NCBI GenBank assembly: GCA_951406725.2
Contig: OX597836.1
Location: 1,488,001 to 1,552,000 of the forward strand
Source: Octopus vulgaris
Lineage: Eukaryota
DNA: 64,000 bases
Direction of reading: 5' to 3'
Every line of letters starts with the position of its first letter. Positions within the stretch are counted from its first letter, which is position 1. A program made the position numbers and the translations under genes. This document shows, piece after piece, positions 25,862 through 41,624 of the stretch. The notes beneath the pieces were generated by a model. It ran no database searches and was not told the DNA's origin. It saw nothing but the letters and a program-made list of their open reading frames with translations.

Positions 25862-26274
25862 GTATATATATATGTGTGTGTTTACAGACATGCATAAACT
25901 CACACTTACACCAGCACACACGCACTCACACGTATATATTCTGATCATTATGTTTTATAGTTCGCGTGTGTCTCACTGCTGGTGTTGTTTTGTTTTCGGT
26001 CCCATATCGTACCCTGATCTGCCTAAAGGAAAATAGAATAATTAGGAGTAAAAAATAAGTTCTAGAAGGGTCAAGTGGTTCCTCTACTTCTAAATGCCTT
26101 TCCTCCACCCTGCCCGCAGCCCAATAATTGTAATAAGCTAAAGAATAGAGGTGTAGTTATATCATACATTTCATGTTAGTCAACAGACACTAGACGCATT
26201 TTTATTAGAGAACAGAATCTGGAACTTAAAACCAAACCAGATTCGCTGCTGAACAATGCGCCGTTTTGCCGTTG

Positions 26275-27000
26275 TATTTATTGTATCACTTTTGACTGGA
26301 ATGACATTTCGAATTGCAAAGGATTTGTTTCTATCTTAAATAAACACTTCTTAGATTGGCACATCGTCTTAGAAAGGCACTTAATAGAACCGTTCGCCTT
26401 TTCAAGAGTGTTGCAGCTGTGTTGAGTGAAGTATATTTCTGCATCACGATGTTTTTCCAATGCCTGGTAAGGCCTTTGAAGCGAGGGAAAGCATGCTGCA
26501 GCGGAAAGATTGGGGTTGTGGAAGTCAACAAATGCTGGGAATACATTAACAGAGAATTCTAGGAGACGTTCAAGAAACGGAGCCTCAGAAGGGTTTGACA
26601 CAATAATTAGGAGGAGTTAATGGAGAACACTTGAGGGGAAAAAAACTAACGTGACCCCGGCCAGCACCGATTAACAAAGGCCATCATAAAAGCGATAGAA
26701 AAAGCAGAGATATAAGACAGACATCAGATCCGACGTAAAACTATTTACCTAAACCTTTTGTAGCTAAATATATTTCCGGACTTCTATGATGTCGGGAATA
26801 ATGCGAGAGCATTCAGCTCTTTTGTAAAATGCACGAATGGCAAACCAATTTGCAACACCATGAAAAATAACCCGATATGATATTAATACCGAACATATAA
26901 TTCTTCATTGCGATTGTTTGTAGTTCAAGATTATATTTGGCATCTTGGGGAATTCTGAGAATGTTGGCACTGTTTGAATATTTTATACGCTCCTTCAAAC
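26275..27000 (-). pseudogene. Degenerate integrase-type transposase remnant (KRBA2/SCAND3/Ginger2-like)
   Basis: Minus strand reads 'GLPFVHFTK' (~26820-26848; cf. GLxFVQFxKN) and a C-terminal Cys cluster 'KCLSKTMCQSKKC...CNSKCHSSQK' (~26290-26385, frameshifted). A + strand LINE-like piece may interrupt it at ~26450-26750. Confidence 0.5.
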
Positions 27001-27307
27001 AAATTCGCCGATCGACTGTGTACATATGTAATGCATACCAAATGATTTGGTTTTAGAATTTGTCTTCAAGTTTTCAGTATCCTATAGAACATGACAGGGT
27101 ATTTTATGCAGTACCCTAGTTCCACAAAGCGGTGCTAATAAATATGGACTATATATACACAGTCATACATCTATGTGTAGAAATTTTACATACATATGCA
27201 TTACATGTATGTATGTATGTATGTATTTATGCATCTACAATAAAGACATTTATTCACCTACGTACTATATAAGTATTATTCTATGCATGTGTATGAATGT
27301 ATGTATA

Positions 27308-27340
<33 letters not shown>

Positions 27341-27349
27341 GTAAGTAAG

Positions 27350-27388
<39 letters not shown>

Positions 27389-27769
27389 ATGTATAGGTAT
27401 AACCACATCCTCAGATACACACACACACACTCATGCCACACATATCAATAACAGTCACGATTGCATCTCGGGAAGAAAAATTACAAAACAGAAAACAAAA
27501 ACAACAACAGCAACAAAAAGAAAAAAAATGTAGAAACTGAATGTAAACGTGAAGATAAACAAAATGAGAAAGATTTGGTAATTTATCGGCGCAATAACCA
27601 TAACCATAACCGTAATGATGACAATAAACCGAACCATCGTCATCACCATAATCATAATTCATAAGTGCTTACATAAATTCTTATCACGCTTCGGCAAGTT
27701 CCTTTACTGGAAATATTTTATCGATAATATTCAAATGAACATCCACTCACTCTCTCTCTCTCTCTTCCT

Positions 27770-27808
<39 letters not shown>

Positions 27809-28127
27809 TATCTCACTCTCTCTCTCTCTCTCTCTCTCAACCTATCTCACTCTGTATCTCAACTAGTGTTTTTTAGTCTTTTACTCATCTTCACTCTCGT
27901 TTTTTTTTCTTTCTATGTCTATCTTAGCTGTTTGTGTGTGTGTGTGTCTTTTGGCACGCTCACACGCACGCACAAGCATTTATACATATATTCTGTGTAT
28001 ATTTATATATACATATATGTAGAGATATATATCTGCCTATATATGAATATATATGTATACATACATATATATATATATGTGTGTATATATATATATATGA
28101 ATATATATATTAGGGTAATATATATAC

Positions 28128-28163
<36 letters not shown>

Positions 28164-28270
28164 GCATACATTAATATATAAAAATTCATGAATATGTATA
28201 AATATATATATATATATATATACATACACATACACATACACAGAGACACACAGAGACAGATATATCTCTC

Positions 28271-28337
<67 letters not shown>

Positions 28338-28786
28338 ATGTACTCTGCTCTGTTGCATCTGTGCGCCTCTCTTTCTCGCTATCTGACTTCAATTCTCTTC
28401 AAATAAAGACATATCTTGTGAATTCCAGTAAAAATGTTCGCTTCTTTGTTTCGTTGTAAAAAAATGCGTTCATTGGTAGAAATCTGGTTTTGTCAGTTGT
28501 GTTTGGCTTTCAAACAATACTTGACACGAAGGTTCCTTGAGGCGATTTCAAGATGGTTTAAGACTCGGCAGCTGAGGCAATGTTCTTTGTTTGTGTAGGT
28601 GTGTGAGTGCTTCTTTCTCTCTTTTTCTCTCTTCCTCACCTTATGTGGGTGCGTGTGTGTTTATTTGATTGTGTGTTCATTATGATATGCAAAAGGTTAG
28701 TTTTTTTTACGGAGCTTACATAAAGAAATACACACATACGTACATTAATATATATATATATATATACATACATATACACAATATGC

Positions 28787-28820
<34 letters not shown>

Positions 28821-29504
28821 ATATATATATATACATATGTTACATATTGATATCTAGAGATATATACATGAATGTACACACGCAGACACACACGTGTGTG
28901 TGTGTGTGTAAATGTTTAGGAGAATACGGAAACTGAGCGATTAGCAGCGGCAATAGAACATCGAATCGTTTGTTTGCGTTATTCCTTTCGTCTCTTTCTT
29001 TCCGAGTTCTAATTTCACTGATTAGGAATTTCGTCTTTCATCTTTTCAGATTTAATAAATTTCCACTTTTCTCTCCTTCACTGTCTTTGCTGCTGTATTT
29101 CTCATCCAACAAATCTTAAAACACTCTTTTGTCTTGATAAATAAAAGCAAAAAAAAAAAAATCGAAGTCACTATGGATTCCTGTTTCTTGAATGTCTGAT
29201 AAAAACTAAAAAATATCGTGATGGTCACGACTGTGAGTTGTCTCCTTTCATACCTTGATTGCAGTTAAAACCAACTGACGACGGCGATAGCAACGACTTC
29301 ATAGTCTCCACTTTACACTGACAAGTTATCGGTATTACATCTACCTGGTTGCCTAATCTGCTTCGAACCAAACATTTTATTTTGTTTTATAGAAAGAAAT
29401 TACCTAAACGGTTTCATCTGAATATATATATATATAGAAAGATGAACTGCCTTTTTATCTGATGCTTTCATAGTCTAAGCAGAGATGAGGCTTAAAGTGT
29501 TGGC

Positions 29505-29680
29505 ACGAAGGGGTGCTGAAAATTCCTGGCTTTGTGTAAAAGAAAATAGAGAAGGACCAGTTAATTATGATTTCATCCAGCATATTCCCCTCTCAGATTC
29601 ACACACTTATTGCAGGGGCCCTTCAGTTTTAAAAAGAAATCGGATGGTTGGGCCTCCAGCCAGACCTTTCGGGATTCCTT
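29505..29680 (+). mobile_element. Mariner-type MITE terminal fragment
   Basis: Begins CACGAAGGGGTGCTGAAAATTCCTGGC, resembling a mariner TIR start; no partner TIR found. Confidence 0.35.
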
Positions 29681-29959
29681 CAGGCCAGAACGTTTCAGTA
29701 TCTTCTCATATAATTGTAATCGCACCGAAAGCAAAAGTTTCGCTAACATTCCAGAACAGAATCTTTCCATAAAATGATGATCTGCAATCGGAGTTAATAT
29801 GACTTTCTCTTGAAATTTATCTACAATAATTTGGTTATACTTCTGTGATACATAAGATATTTGAATTTTTTAAATATAATTCCTAATGATATTTAATTGA
29901 TAAAATACGAGATTCTTTTAAACATCGAGTGCCTTCGAGAGTTTAGTCGATTAAAATAA

Positions 29960-30002
29960 GAATCAAAGGCGTCGCTAGGAAAGAAATGGTTGAGAACCAC
30001 TG
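29960..30002. mobile_element. hAT (Charlie-like) terminal fragment
   Basis: ...AATGGTTGAGAACCACTG is the reverse complement of CAGTGGTTCTCAACC, a typical hAT TIR; no partner end seen. Confidence 0.4.
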
Positions 30003-31235
30003 CCTTAAGACTTTAAAATAATTGTATAATTTTGATAGAATAAGAAGTTGAGTGATAGAAAAGTTGATAGACACTAAACGATCCCAGCATTTCAGTTCGT
30101 TCCCGATGTGACTCTCGTCTCTATTCTGCTGATGCATGCAGGATAAGATGAAAATTGGTTGGAGGTTTTCTGCAAAACTCGCCGATAAATTCAATGACTA
30201 ATATCGGTGGGTTTTCTCTTTTCCTTAGTCGTGTATATAAATTTTGATATAAATACAAGAGATTTTACGCTCCGTGCATAATCGTGGTATTCTTTGATGT
30301 GACACCAACAACAAAATACGGAAAGATAGAAACAGGGAAACACTTGTATTTCTAAATTTATTCCACTGAAGTAAGCATGCAATGTCTTTTCTATTAAATC
30401 TGATAAATTAAAAAAAAATTATTCTACATAGATTAGAGGGAAATTATATTTCCTTGGTTATGCAATTGCTGTAATCATAATTTGTAACATAAACACGAGG
30501 CCAGAAATTGGAACAGTCAGGGGAAGTGGTAGAGTCTGGTGTAGTGATCCGAGAATAGGACTTATTTAATTTAATCGACCTCAGAAGGATGAAAAACAAA
30601 GCGCACTGCAACTGGATTTGAACTCACAGCAAAACGTGTCGTGTATATTACGTAAAGCGTTTCGTTCGTCGCTCTAACAATTCTGCCGGTCCAGCTCCAT
30701 AACGATTTCAGACAGAGGCGCAAGGACAGATTAATAATATTAAAAGAAATGACACTAATTCTCTATTTCCTAGATTGCATGATTAACTTATCCATTAATT
30801 TGACACGGAGGATATTTGTCCTAAATTTACACGAGAAGAAAAAAAAATTCGTCTGGACAAAAAATATAAAGAACGGAGCTAAGAGGCAAATAAGCATTGG
30901 TTTATGGAAGTCGGAATGAAACGAAGGAATAATAAAATATATCGTAAGACAGGGAAAAAAAAGAAAGAAGAGGAATTCAACACAAAAATTCGGTGAAATA
31001 AAAGAAAATAAATGCATCTCATTAAATATAAAGAAATCTTGTACATCTCTACTGATAAATATATTTAGATAAGTGTCTGCAGAACAATATAAGTAAGGAT
31101 TGGTAAGTTAGTTTTATATTTAATGCAGAAAACAGCAAAAGACTAACTAAGATGCATACGTGATGAAACTGACAGATGATAACCAGTCAGACAGACAACA
31201 GGGTGGATAGATGGATAGATAGATGGATAGATATG

Positions 31236-31269
<34 letters not shown>

Positions 31270-31402
31270 TAGAATGGTAGATAGATAGAGAGACATGCAG
31301 AATAGTTGATAGATAGTTAGACAGAGAGGGAGAGAGAAAGACAGACAGCATAGTAGATAGATGTGTAGGTAAGAAGATGGATATAAAGACGTACATACAC
31401 AC

Positions 31403-31451
<49 letters not shown>

Positions 31452-32381
31452 TGTAGGTAGGAAAAAGGATACAAAGATAGATACATAGATACATAGATAC
31501 ATACATACGTACGTACATACACATGATGAATTGGCCGAGACTTCGGTATCAGATTGCATTGTGGTATGCGTTCCATTTCTCTGTACTGTGAGTTCGAATG
31601 CCACCAACTTCGTCTGTCGTCATTTTGGGGTCGATAAATAAAGTACAGGCTTCCTACAGGTGACGATTCTTCCTGTGTGTGTTTGTGTGTGTGTGTGCAT
31701 GTGTGTCTCACTCTCTGTCTGCCTGAAACTTCTTTTCTTAGACCTGTCTCTTCTGTTTTCAAATCTTGAGCGAAAAGAGCTAAGAATGACAAAGAAATGT
31801 GGAATGTCACGACAACACCCTTACCAAGTCCCAAGACTAGGTAAGACAGTGAAGCATTTAAGGGACTGATTGATAGAGAAAGAAGTAAATGGATTGAATA
31901 GGTTGGTTGAGAGATGGATGAACAGGTCGGCAAAATCCTTGTTTCAATGCAAAGATACTTTCTTTTAGTGGGAGAGGAACCCGAGTTCTTCATTGAAGCC
32001 CGATCGGATGATTGGAAGAAATGCTAGGTCTACATCGTTGGGGGCGGGGGAGGGGGTCAATCAGAATGCAAACGGGGGGAAGAAATGCTGCTGTGTTGTC
32101 CGACGAGCTGAGAATTCTGCCAGTTGACCGTTGTACTATAGGCAGAAGGGCGGACATTTTGGGAGTAAGGGCTAGTGGCTCACATCGGCCTCCCCAGGGC
32201 TTAACTTGTAATTATTTTATCAACCCGAAAAAGAAAAATTTATAAAAGACATTCGCCGCAATATGAATGAGAAGGCAAAGAGTCGAAAGAAATGCCGAAA
32301 AAACATTCTGTCCGACGTGCTAACAATTTGCCACCTCCCCGACTAAATAATGACGATAATGATGATGATGATGATGGTGGC

Positions 32382-32581
32382 TTCAAATTTTGTCACAATG
32401 GCAGCCATTTCTGGGGAGGGGATGTGTCGATTACATCGACCCCAGTGTTCAACTGGTACTTAATTTATCGACCCCAAAAATGATGAAAGGCAAAGTTAAC
32501 CGCGGCGGAATTTGAACTCAGAAAGTAGCGACGGGCGAAATAGCGCTTAGCACGGCAACGATTCTGCCAACTCACCGCTTT
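32382..32581 (-). mobile_element. SINE family A (more degenerate copies at 30490..30697 -, 31530..31650 +, 33225..33416 -, 33590..33735 -, 37325..37430 +)
   Basis: TCGACCCCAGTG..AACTGGTACTTAATTTATCGACCCC..GATGAAAGGCAAAGT..GGAATTTGAACTCAG. Confidence 0.8.
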
Positions 32582-32664
32582 TGTTGGTAAAAATGGAAAT
32601 CAAAACAGACAAAATAATGTTGGCAATAACGTTAAAAAGATAATTAAGAATAAGAACTCACTGG

Positions 32665-32699
<35 letters not shown>

Positions 32700-33414
32700 G
32701 CGGGGGGAATTAGCGTTGACAAATGTAATGGCGTGTGCGTTCAAGACACTAATTAGGAATCAAGATTCGCTGCTGAGACACGAGGTAAATTGATAGGCAT
32801 TTAAGTTGGTGTCAAAATATTTAATGCGGAGAACATTTAAAAGCAAATTCGAAATAAATATGCGGTGAGAGAGAAAGACTGATGTCTTTTCTGGATGTAA
32901 GTTTGTGTGTAAGATATTTCATGGCGAAGAACTCAAAAGAAAAGATGTTTAGCGAATTTGGTGAGGAGGAAAGCAAACGACTTAAGTAATTGACTGAAAT
33001 CTGTTATCATTACCTGTAAACAGTGTGGAAACAATTCTGCGTTGTAATACCTGCAACTTAAAAGTACAGGGATATTCGTACTCTACAACGATAGTCAGTG
33101 AATAAGTGTACAAGACTTTTACACCGGTGAGTAGAGAAAAAAATAGAAAAATTCCCAGTTTCAAATTGATCCAGTGCAAAAGCTATTATATAAAAGGAAA
33201 AGCCACTGGAAATCTTGAAAATGTTGATTTCAAATTTTTGGCACAAGGCCAGTAATTTCGAAATTGGCAGAAGTTAATTACATCGAACCCAGTGATCAAC
33301 TGGTTCTTATTTTATCGACTCCGAAACGACAAAAGGCAAAGTCGACCCCCAAAGATGGGCGAAATGCCGCTAGCATTTTACCTGGTATGCTAACGGTTCT
33401 GCCGGATTACCGTC

Positions 33415-33454
<40 letters not shown>

Positions 33455-34217
33455 TAATAATAATAATAATAACGGGCTCTCCCGTCGCAGACGACATGAG
33501 CATCCACCGTTTGCCCAACGACCTGCAGTTTCTGCCCCAAATCGATGCTGGCTGAACAGGTATATGGTGAAACGAAGAATAATAATGATGATCCTTTCTA
33601 ATTTTGTACAAGGCCAGCAGCTTTAAGAGGAGGGGCCAATCAATCTCATGAAACTCAAAACTTGACTGGGACCTCATTTTGTCTTCGATAAAAGTACAAA
33701 AAACGAAGATGACCACGGCAGGATTTGAACTCAGATAATAATCACTGCAGTTTATCCAATGCTGTGGGAATCTGATGGTGTATTTGGAGATTAGTTGTTA
33801 AGGTATGTCTACAACATATAAACCGACTCAGTTCAAATTCACCCTCGTTTCATTTTATAGAATTTCGACGCACATTCGGCTGCCATCTGTTGCCTTCTGC
33901 CGGCAAGATATGTTGATGCTAGAGATGGGCCCACTCTATGAGTTGGAAACCTTTAGCTCTTTCTCGCTATGCAGAATCCCGCTTGCATATTAACAATTTG
34001 CTCTCATTTACTCTTGAGAAATATTCCCGCGGTTCATCGCTACTGGATGCATCAGTAGAAATATGTAACGCTGCTCCATGTAGAGTTTGCTCAGCATTCC
34101 TCGAGGTCTTGCATACAAATGAATGCTAAGCAAATGTGAATGTTTGTGAATGCGTCTGGAGTTGTGTGCACTGATGGTTTTATGCATGCATACATGCATA
34201 CATATATGCATACATAC

Positions 34218-34281
<64 letters not shown>

Positions 34282-34282
34282 C

Positions 34283-34951
<669 letters not shown>

Positions 34952-35297
34952 GATTGCACACACACAAACATATATATAAATATACAAGTATAGGTAAGTA
35001 TGTGTATACAATCCCACACAAACATATGTATATCAATCTCTCTCTCTCTCTCTCTCTCTCTGTATATATATATATATATATATACGCAGAGTGAGGAGAG
35101 AGAGAGGGGGAGAGGGAAAGAGAAGGAGATTAAAGTAGCTAGAGATGGTGTTGAGAGAGTGAATATATTAAAGCTGAAATTGATTTATGAAAACACGAAG
35201 TGAATAGAAAATGAAAATTTAGTCATATGAGAAGGGAGAGGATAGAAATGCGAATATGAGAGAGAATATGAGAGAGTGAGAGAGAAATGGACTGAGA

Positions 35298-35339
<42 letters not shown>

Positions 35340-35857
35340 TGTGCCAGAGATAGTCTGTTAAATACTTGAGAAGACCAAAATGCATTTGTAGTATTAAAGG
35401 AAATTCAGTTTATAAAATATTTTAGTAGGGAAAAGTAAAGGAGATGAGTGGAAAGAGAGTGAAAAAATAGTAGGAAAATGAGGCCACGGAAGATATACAG
35501 AGAGGAGAGAGAGAAAGAAAGAAAGAAAGAGAGGCATGAAGGGAGAGAGAGAGAAATAGAGAGAAAGAGAGGTGGAGAAGGATGTTGAAGTAATGAAAAA
35601 GTTTAAAATCAAAACAAACGTTTTATGGAGAGTATTAAGGAATCTGGAAAACAGAGATGCTGAGAGAGATAGAAAAAAAGATTGATTTGTGAAATTACTG
35701 GGACTGAAGCACAAATCTCTCTCTAAATATATGTCTTTCTGTCTGTCTATGGGTCTCTTAGTGCGTCTACATGTGTGTGTGTGTGTGTATTATCTATTAT
35801 ATATATATATATGCATCTGCATGTATGAATGTCTCTAACAATTTAAGTTATATACAC

Positions 35858-35917
<60 letters not shown>

Positions 35918-38158
35918 GTATATGTATATGTATGTATGTATGAATGTATGTATGTATGTATGTATGTAATGTATGACTGTGTGTGCGCGTGTGTATATGT
36001 ATGTATATTGATCGTTGAACAAATCTCACTCATTCCTCTCTTTGTATCTTTATATGTATGCATATATATGTGTGTATATATATGTATGTGTGTGTGTGTG
36101 TGTCTGTAGATATATATATATATATATATATGTTTGTGTGCTTGTTTATATATATATATATATGCAATTACACACAGTCACACGCCATAAAAGAGTGAAT
36201 GGCATACACGCACACATGAACATTTTTTTAAAAAATGGTATAAAAAAACAAACATCTATCCTTAGACATTCTAATCTCCAAGATTGCTGAGGCGAAGTCA
36301 AGTCTTTTATTATTGGAGTTCGTCTGAAACAGGAAAGTTGACGAAACCAGCAGGTGTTCAGTGAATTACACACACACACACACACACACATTATACATAT
36401 GATATATATATATATATATATGTATATATATGCGCTCACACATTTCTATACACACTGTATGCTTTATTTCTTCAATTTGATTAAAATGTTGGACTGGTGC
36501 CAATTGGACTTCTCTGGGTCTGTTTGTAATAATTATGTTATCACATGACGGAACAAGCAGGAATAAGGAATAAACAGATAGCATAGAATTCTCACTCTGA
36601 ATATCTGATATATCTTTCTTTCTTCTGTCTGTTTTATTTATCTGTTATGACTGTATTTTCGTTGTTTCTCACTGACTCAGTGCTCCTATTCGTCTCTAGT
36701 CACTTCCGCCTGTCTGTCTGCCTGTCTTTCTGTCTGTCTATCTGTCTGTCTGTCTGTCTGTCTGTCTATTTGCCTTTGTAGTCTGTTCTATCTTTCACTG
36801 CCTGTTTTTTTTCGGTTTGCCTGTTGGTTCCTGTTGTTTTCAGAGCTGGGGTGGGCATTGGTGAGTAACTGTAGTTGAACCCCAATCGAGCAAACCAAAG
36901 ATATTCCAAACGTGACCTTTCCTTCTGTTACTTATGTTTGGGGACCCCAGAACCTCGTTAACCAATATTTTATTTTTCCGACATGGTTGGACGTAGTCGG
37001 AGGGAATTTTGACTGCTATTTTATGTTAAGACAACGGACGATCGACTCTGTATCGAAGGACTCATTGACTCATATGCGTGTATGTAATTGATGCGTAACA
37101 TGTCCTAACGTAACATGTGTATGAATGTACGAGTCTGTGTGTATATGTGTCTACATGTGTATGTATGTGTGTGTGTGTGTGTGTGTGTCGTATGGTGTGT
37201 GTACGCCTATCTGTATATAAGGGTGTATATGGCTTCTTCACAGAATACTGTTTGTTGTAAGAAGGTGAATTAACAAAGTCATCAAGTTTCAAAGAATGGC
37301 GTTCGTCATTCCTTCCATGACTCTCCGCTTTCTGTCCAATATACATTTCAGATAAGTACCAGTTGGTCACTGGGGTCGATGTAATCGACTTATTCTACCC
37401 CTCCTTGAACCACAATTGAAAACCAATAATCGTTGAGGTTAACACTCCTTTTTCTTATTCAATTGAAATTCTAGTCCAAAACTGAAATCTATTTTTTCCG
37501 ATCTCCTTTGCTCTTTCACTTTGTCTCTGTAATGAAACAATAATTAAAATAGCCGCACTAATTAGACATTTTGTCTGGATGAACAGGGCTAGGAATAATG
37601 TTGGCGTACTTTTGTTTGTACCATATTCGGTCACTTACAGGTCAATTTTGCGAGCTGAAATTCTGTTGGGCGAAAAAGTAAATGCTCAAAGTCGAGACCG
37701 ACGGAAGACCCAACGTTTGCGTTTATTAAATGAAGTGCTTTAAAATATCACCGAAAGAAAAAAAAATAATAATGATAATAAAAGAATAGAATATCGAATT
37801 GCAGTAATAGTTTTTCACGATTGGGACACGGCCAACCACTTGAAATGGAGGTGTGGAGTAAAAATTAAATCATCTCCGCTAAATATTTAGTACATGTTTA
37901 ATCGGATTTTCAATACAAGTAGACTCGCCAAGTTTCGAAAACAGAGAAAGAAACAAAACGAAAAGCTTATACACACATTCCTTCTCTTTCTCTCCCACCT
38001 CTCTCTCAAATACACACGCACACGCGTACATACATGCACACATACATACAAAAGTATATATAAATGTATACAAGTTAGATATATGTATGTATATATAATA
38101 CGGTATATATGTATATGTGTAGAAATATATTATACAAATATATGTATATAATATTTGA

Positions 38159-38198
<40 letters not shown>

Positions 38199-38230
38199 AC
38201 ACACACATACATATATATATATATATACAT

Positions 38231-38275
<45 letters not shown>

Positions 38276-38317
38276 AATATATAAATATATGTATATATAA
38301 ATATATAAATATATAAA

Positions 38318-38384
<67 letters not shown>

Positions 38385-38694
38385 TTATACACACACACAT
38401 ACATACATACGTATATATACATAATTGTGAGGACTGTGTGTATGTATAGATGGATGTAAGTTGGCGGCAACAGACGGAAGAAAGATCAACGAATGCGATG
38501 TTTCAGAGTATAATTTATGAGAAAACCGGGAATTATAGAATTCCGCGTTTCCCGTGCCATAACCTTTTTCCTCTTGGTGAAGCCCAGAGAAACAGAAACC
38601 TCTGACTGGAACCGAAGTTGATAATAATGATTGTAATAAATTTGAGGATGAAGATGGTGATGATGATGATGATGATTGTGACAATGTTGATGAT

Positions 38695-39512
38695 GGGTTC
38701 AAACCTTGGCTTACGCCAGCAATTGTGGGAAGGGTGAAAGTCGTTTATACCGACCCCAGTGCGCAACTTATATGAGGACGAAAGGCAAAGTCAACGTCGG
38801 TGGCATCTGAAATCAGAATGCAAAGATGGACGAAATTCTACCAAGCATTTGCCTGCCCTGCCAACCATTCTGCTATCTCGCTCTCTTGTGATAAGAATAA
38901 TAATGTTTCCAAATTTTGGCACAATGCCAGCACATTCAAGTGGGATTACATTGACCCCAGTGTTTTACTGGTACTTATTTTATCGACGCTGAAACGATGA
39001 ACGGCAAAGTCGACCTCGGCGGAATTTGAACTCAGAGCGTAGCGGCAGACGAAATGTTGCTAAGCATTTTGCGTGTCCTGCTAACAATTCTGCCAGCTCA
39101 CCGCCTTATTATTCGACGGTAATAATCCTTTCTACGGGATGCAGAAGGCCTCAAATGTGGGGTGATTACATCGACCCGAGGTCGTAACTGGTACTTATTT
39201 AATCGACCCAGAATGGATGAAAGGCAAAGTCCAACTGGGCGGAATTTGTATTCAGAACTTAATGGTGGTCGAAATACCTATTTCTTTACTACCCACAAGG
39301 GGCTAAACACAGAGAGGACAAACAAGGACAGACAAAGGGTTTAAGTCGATTATATCGACCCCAGTGCGTAACTGGTACTTAATTTATCGACCCCGAAAGG
39401 ATGAAAGGCTAACGCGACCTCGGCGAAATTTGAACTCAGAACGTAACGGCAGACGAAATACGGCAACGCATTTCGCCCGGCGTGCTAACGTTTCTGCCAG
39501 CTCGCCGCCTTA
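38695..39512 (-). mobile_element. Tandem cluster of family A SINEs (38695..38880, 38905..39107, dimeric 39125..39512)
   Basis: Repeated family A cores, all on the minus strand. Confidence 0.85.
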
Positions 39513-40254
39513 TTGTGTCACGATAATAATAATAATGTTTTGTGACTTTAGTAGAAGTTCAACAGTCTTGAGTGGGTCGAGCAAGTGGACTCGGGTATTA
39601 GATTGGTATGTTATTTCAAGCAGATCACAGGAGATTTGACTTTGACAATTGGTTCTTTTTCGCTCCTGGCAGAATAAAATCATATAATTCCTAAGCGCAG
39701 CAATACTCCTTGGACATTTTGGTGATTGCAAATATAATTTATTTAGAAATTAGTAGTTCAGTATATCTAGTATATCTAGCTTGTCTCTGATGAATATTCA
39801 GGAAAAATGAGGATCCGCATTCTTAAAAGAAGTTCCTGTTTACGTGATCCTTAATACCTGAGATTAATCATATTGGAAAATTTAGAAGTTATGGAGTTGC
39901 TCCAACGACCTTATACAATGATTAATCCAAGAAACTGAATATTTTAAAATTTATTCCGATTAAAAGATTTAGGCTATTTTGAATTGCTTAACAATGATTT
40001 CGCGAAATCCAATGATTGTTGGTTATTCAGTGTCTATGGGTAACGCACAGACATTTATAAAGATGAATCCAACACGAAAGAGATTTATTACATCACGTGT
40101 TTCAGTCGAAATACTTATCCCTGTGTTCAAGTCAAAAGAAGAACAAACTTCACCACTGACTCAGGAATCGTTTCAAGAAAGCATAAAAACATTTTTGCAT
40201 ATATAAAGATTTTCATTTTAGAAACATAATAATGTTCTTGTGAAAAGTAGTACT

Positions 40255-40474
40255 TATTTCTTTATTACCCACAAAGGGCTAAACATAGATGGGACAAACA
40301 AGGACAGACATAGGTATTAAGTCGATTACATCGACCCCAGTGCGTAACTGGTACCCCGAAAGGATGAAAGGCACAGTCGACCTCGGCGGAATTTGAACTC
40401 ACAGTGTAACGACAGACGAAATACGGCTACGCATTTCGCCCGGCGTGCTAACATTTCTGCCAGCTCGCCGCCTT
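40255..40474 (-). mobile_element. SINE family A (long-tail variant) with 16-bp TSD
   Basis: TSD TGTGAAAAGTAGTACT at 40239-40254 and 40477-40492. Confidence 0.9.
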
Positions 40475-41260
40475 GATGTGAAAAGTAGTACTGCTTCGAG
40501 TAAGGGTTCGATGATTGAAGGGTAAAGATCTGCGATATCAAACTAGTGTTTCATTATTCGTGAAATTGAACGACTCTCAAACACACGGTTTCAACAGTTT
40601 GTCGTTAATTGCAATATTCGTGACGAAATCATCCATAATGCTTTTACTAATCTTACTTAATCGAGGGGACGCTTCTCATTTTGCACGTTTTACATGTTGA
40701 TATATTAATAAGCCATTACAGACATAGCGAAGAACTATAAACATCCACCGTCCACTTTTCACTTATCTATACGCAATCTATATCCCCAGCCCTCGACAAT
40801 ATTCAAACACCAACAACGCATATATACACCTTATTTGACCCATAAGACAAACATCATTTCCCACATATAAGAACTTGTACAAATTCAATTTAGCGCTTCC
40901 TTTTACCTGATTCCGCGCACCGCCCTTCCCATTCTTCTTTCCTCTCTCCCAATTACAGGCAGCAGGTACCACTGAACGTCTCATTATTTATCGTTCTTTT
41001 CGAACGAGATTAATTATAACTATTCAAATCAACGTTTGCTTCCGAAAGAAAACTATTCACAAGCAATTAAAACACACATTTCTTTTCAAGTAACTTCTGA
41101 ATGCGAGTAAATATTATTGCTATTAGTTCTCTCCTGACGCGTTGAAAGGCTGGAATTCCGAGGTGCGTTAATGAAAGGCCGGATCAAATTGAATTCTGCA
41201 TGCATGCATACTTACATACATACAGGCATACATACATACATATATATACATACACACATA

Positions 41261-41300
<40 letters not shown>

Positions 41301-41624
41301 CATACACAGGTATGGATACATATATGCATGCACACATACATGCATACACACACACATATATATATATTTCTATACATAGACACATACATAAAAGAATGCA
41401 TACATGCATGTATGCATATATATATACATGCATACTTAAATACATGCATTAATACATGCATAAATACATACGTATATGTATATATAAATGTAGTTATATA
41501 GGTAGATATGTAAGTAGGAAGGCATACATACATACATGCATACATACATTCATACATACGTACATACATACATACATATATATACGTACATATATATATA
41601 TATATATATACATGCATGTATATA

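Noticed and set aside
31187-31993. 268-aa ORF
   Set aside because: It runs through a SINE fragment and (TATC)n/(TC)n repeats with no recognisable domain.
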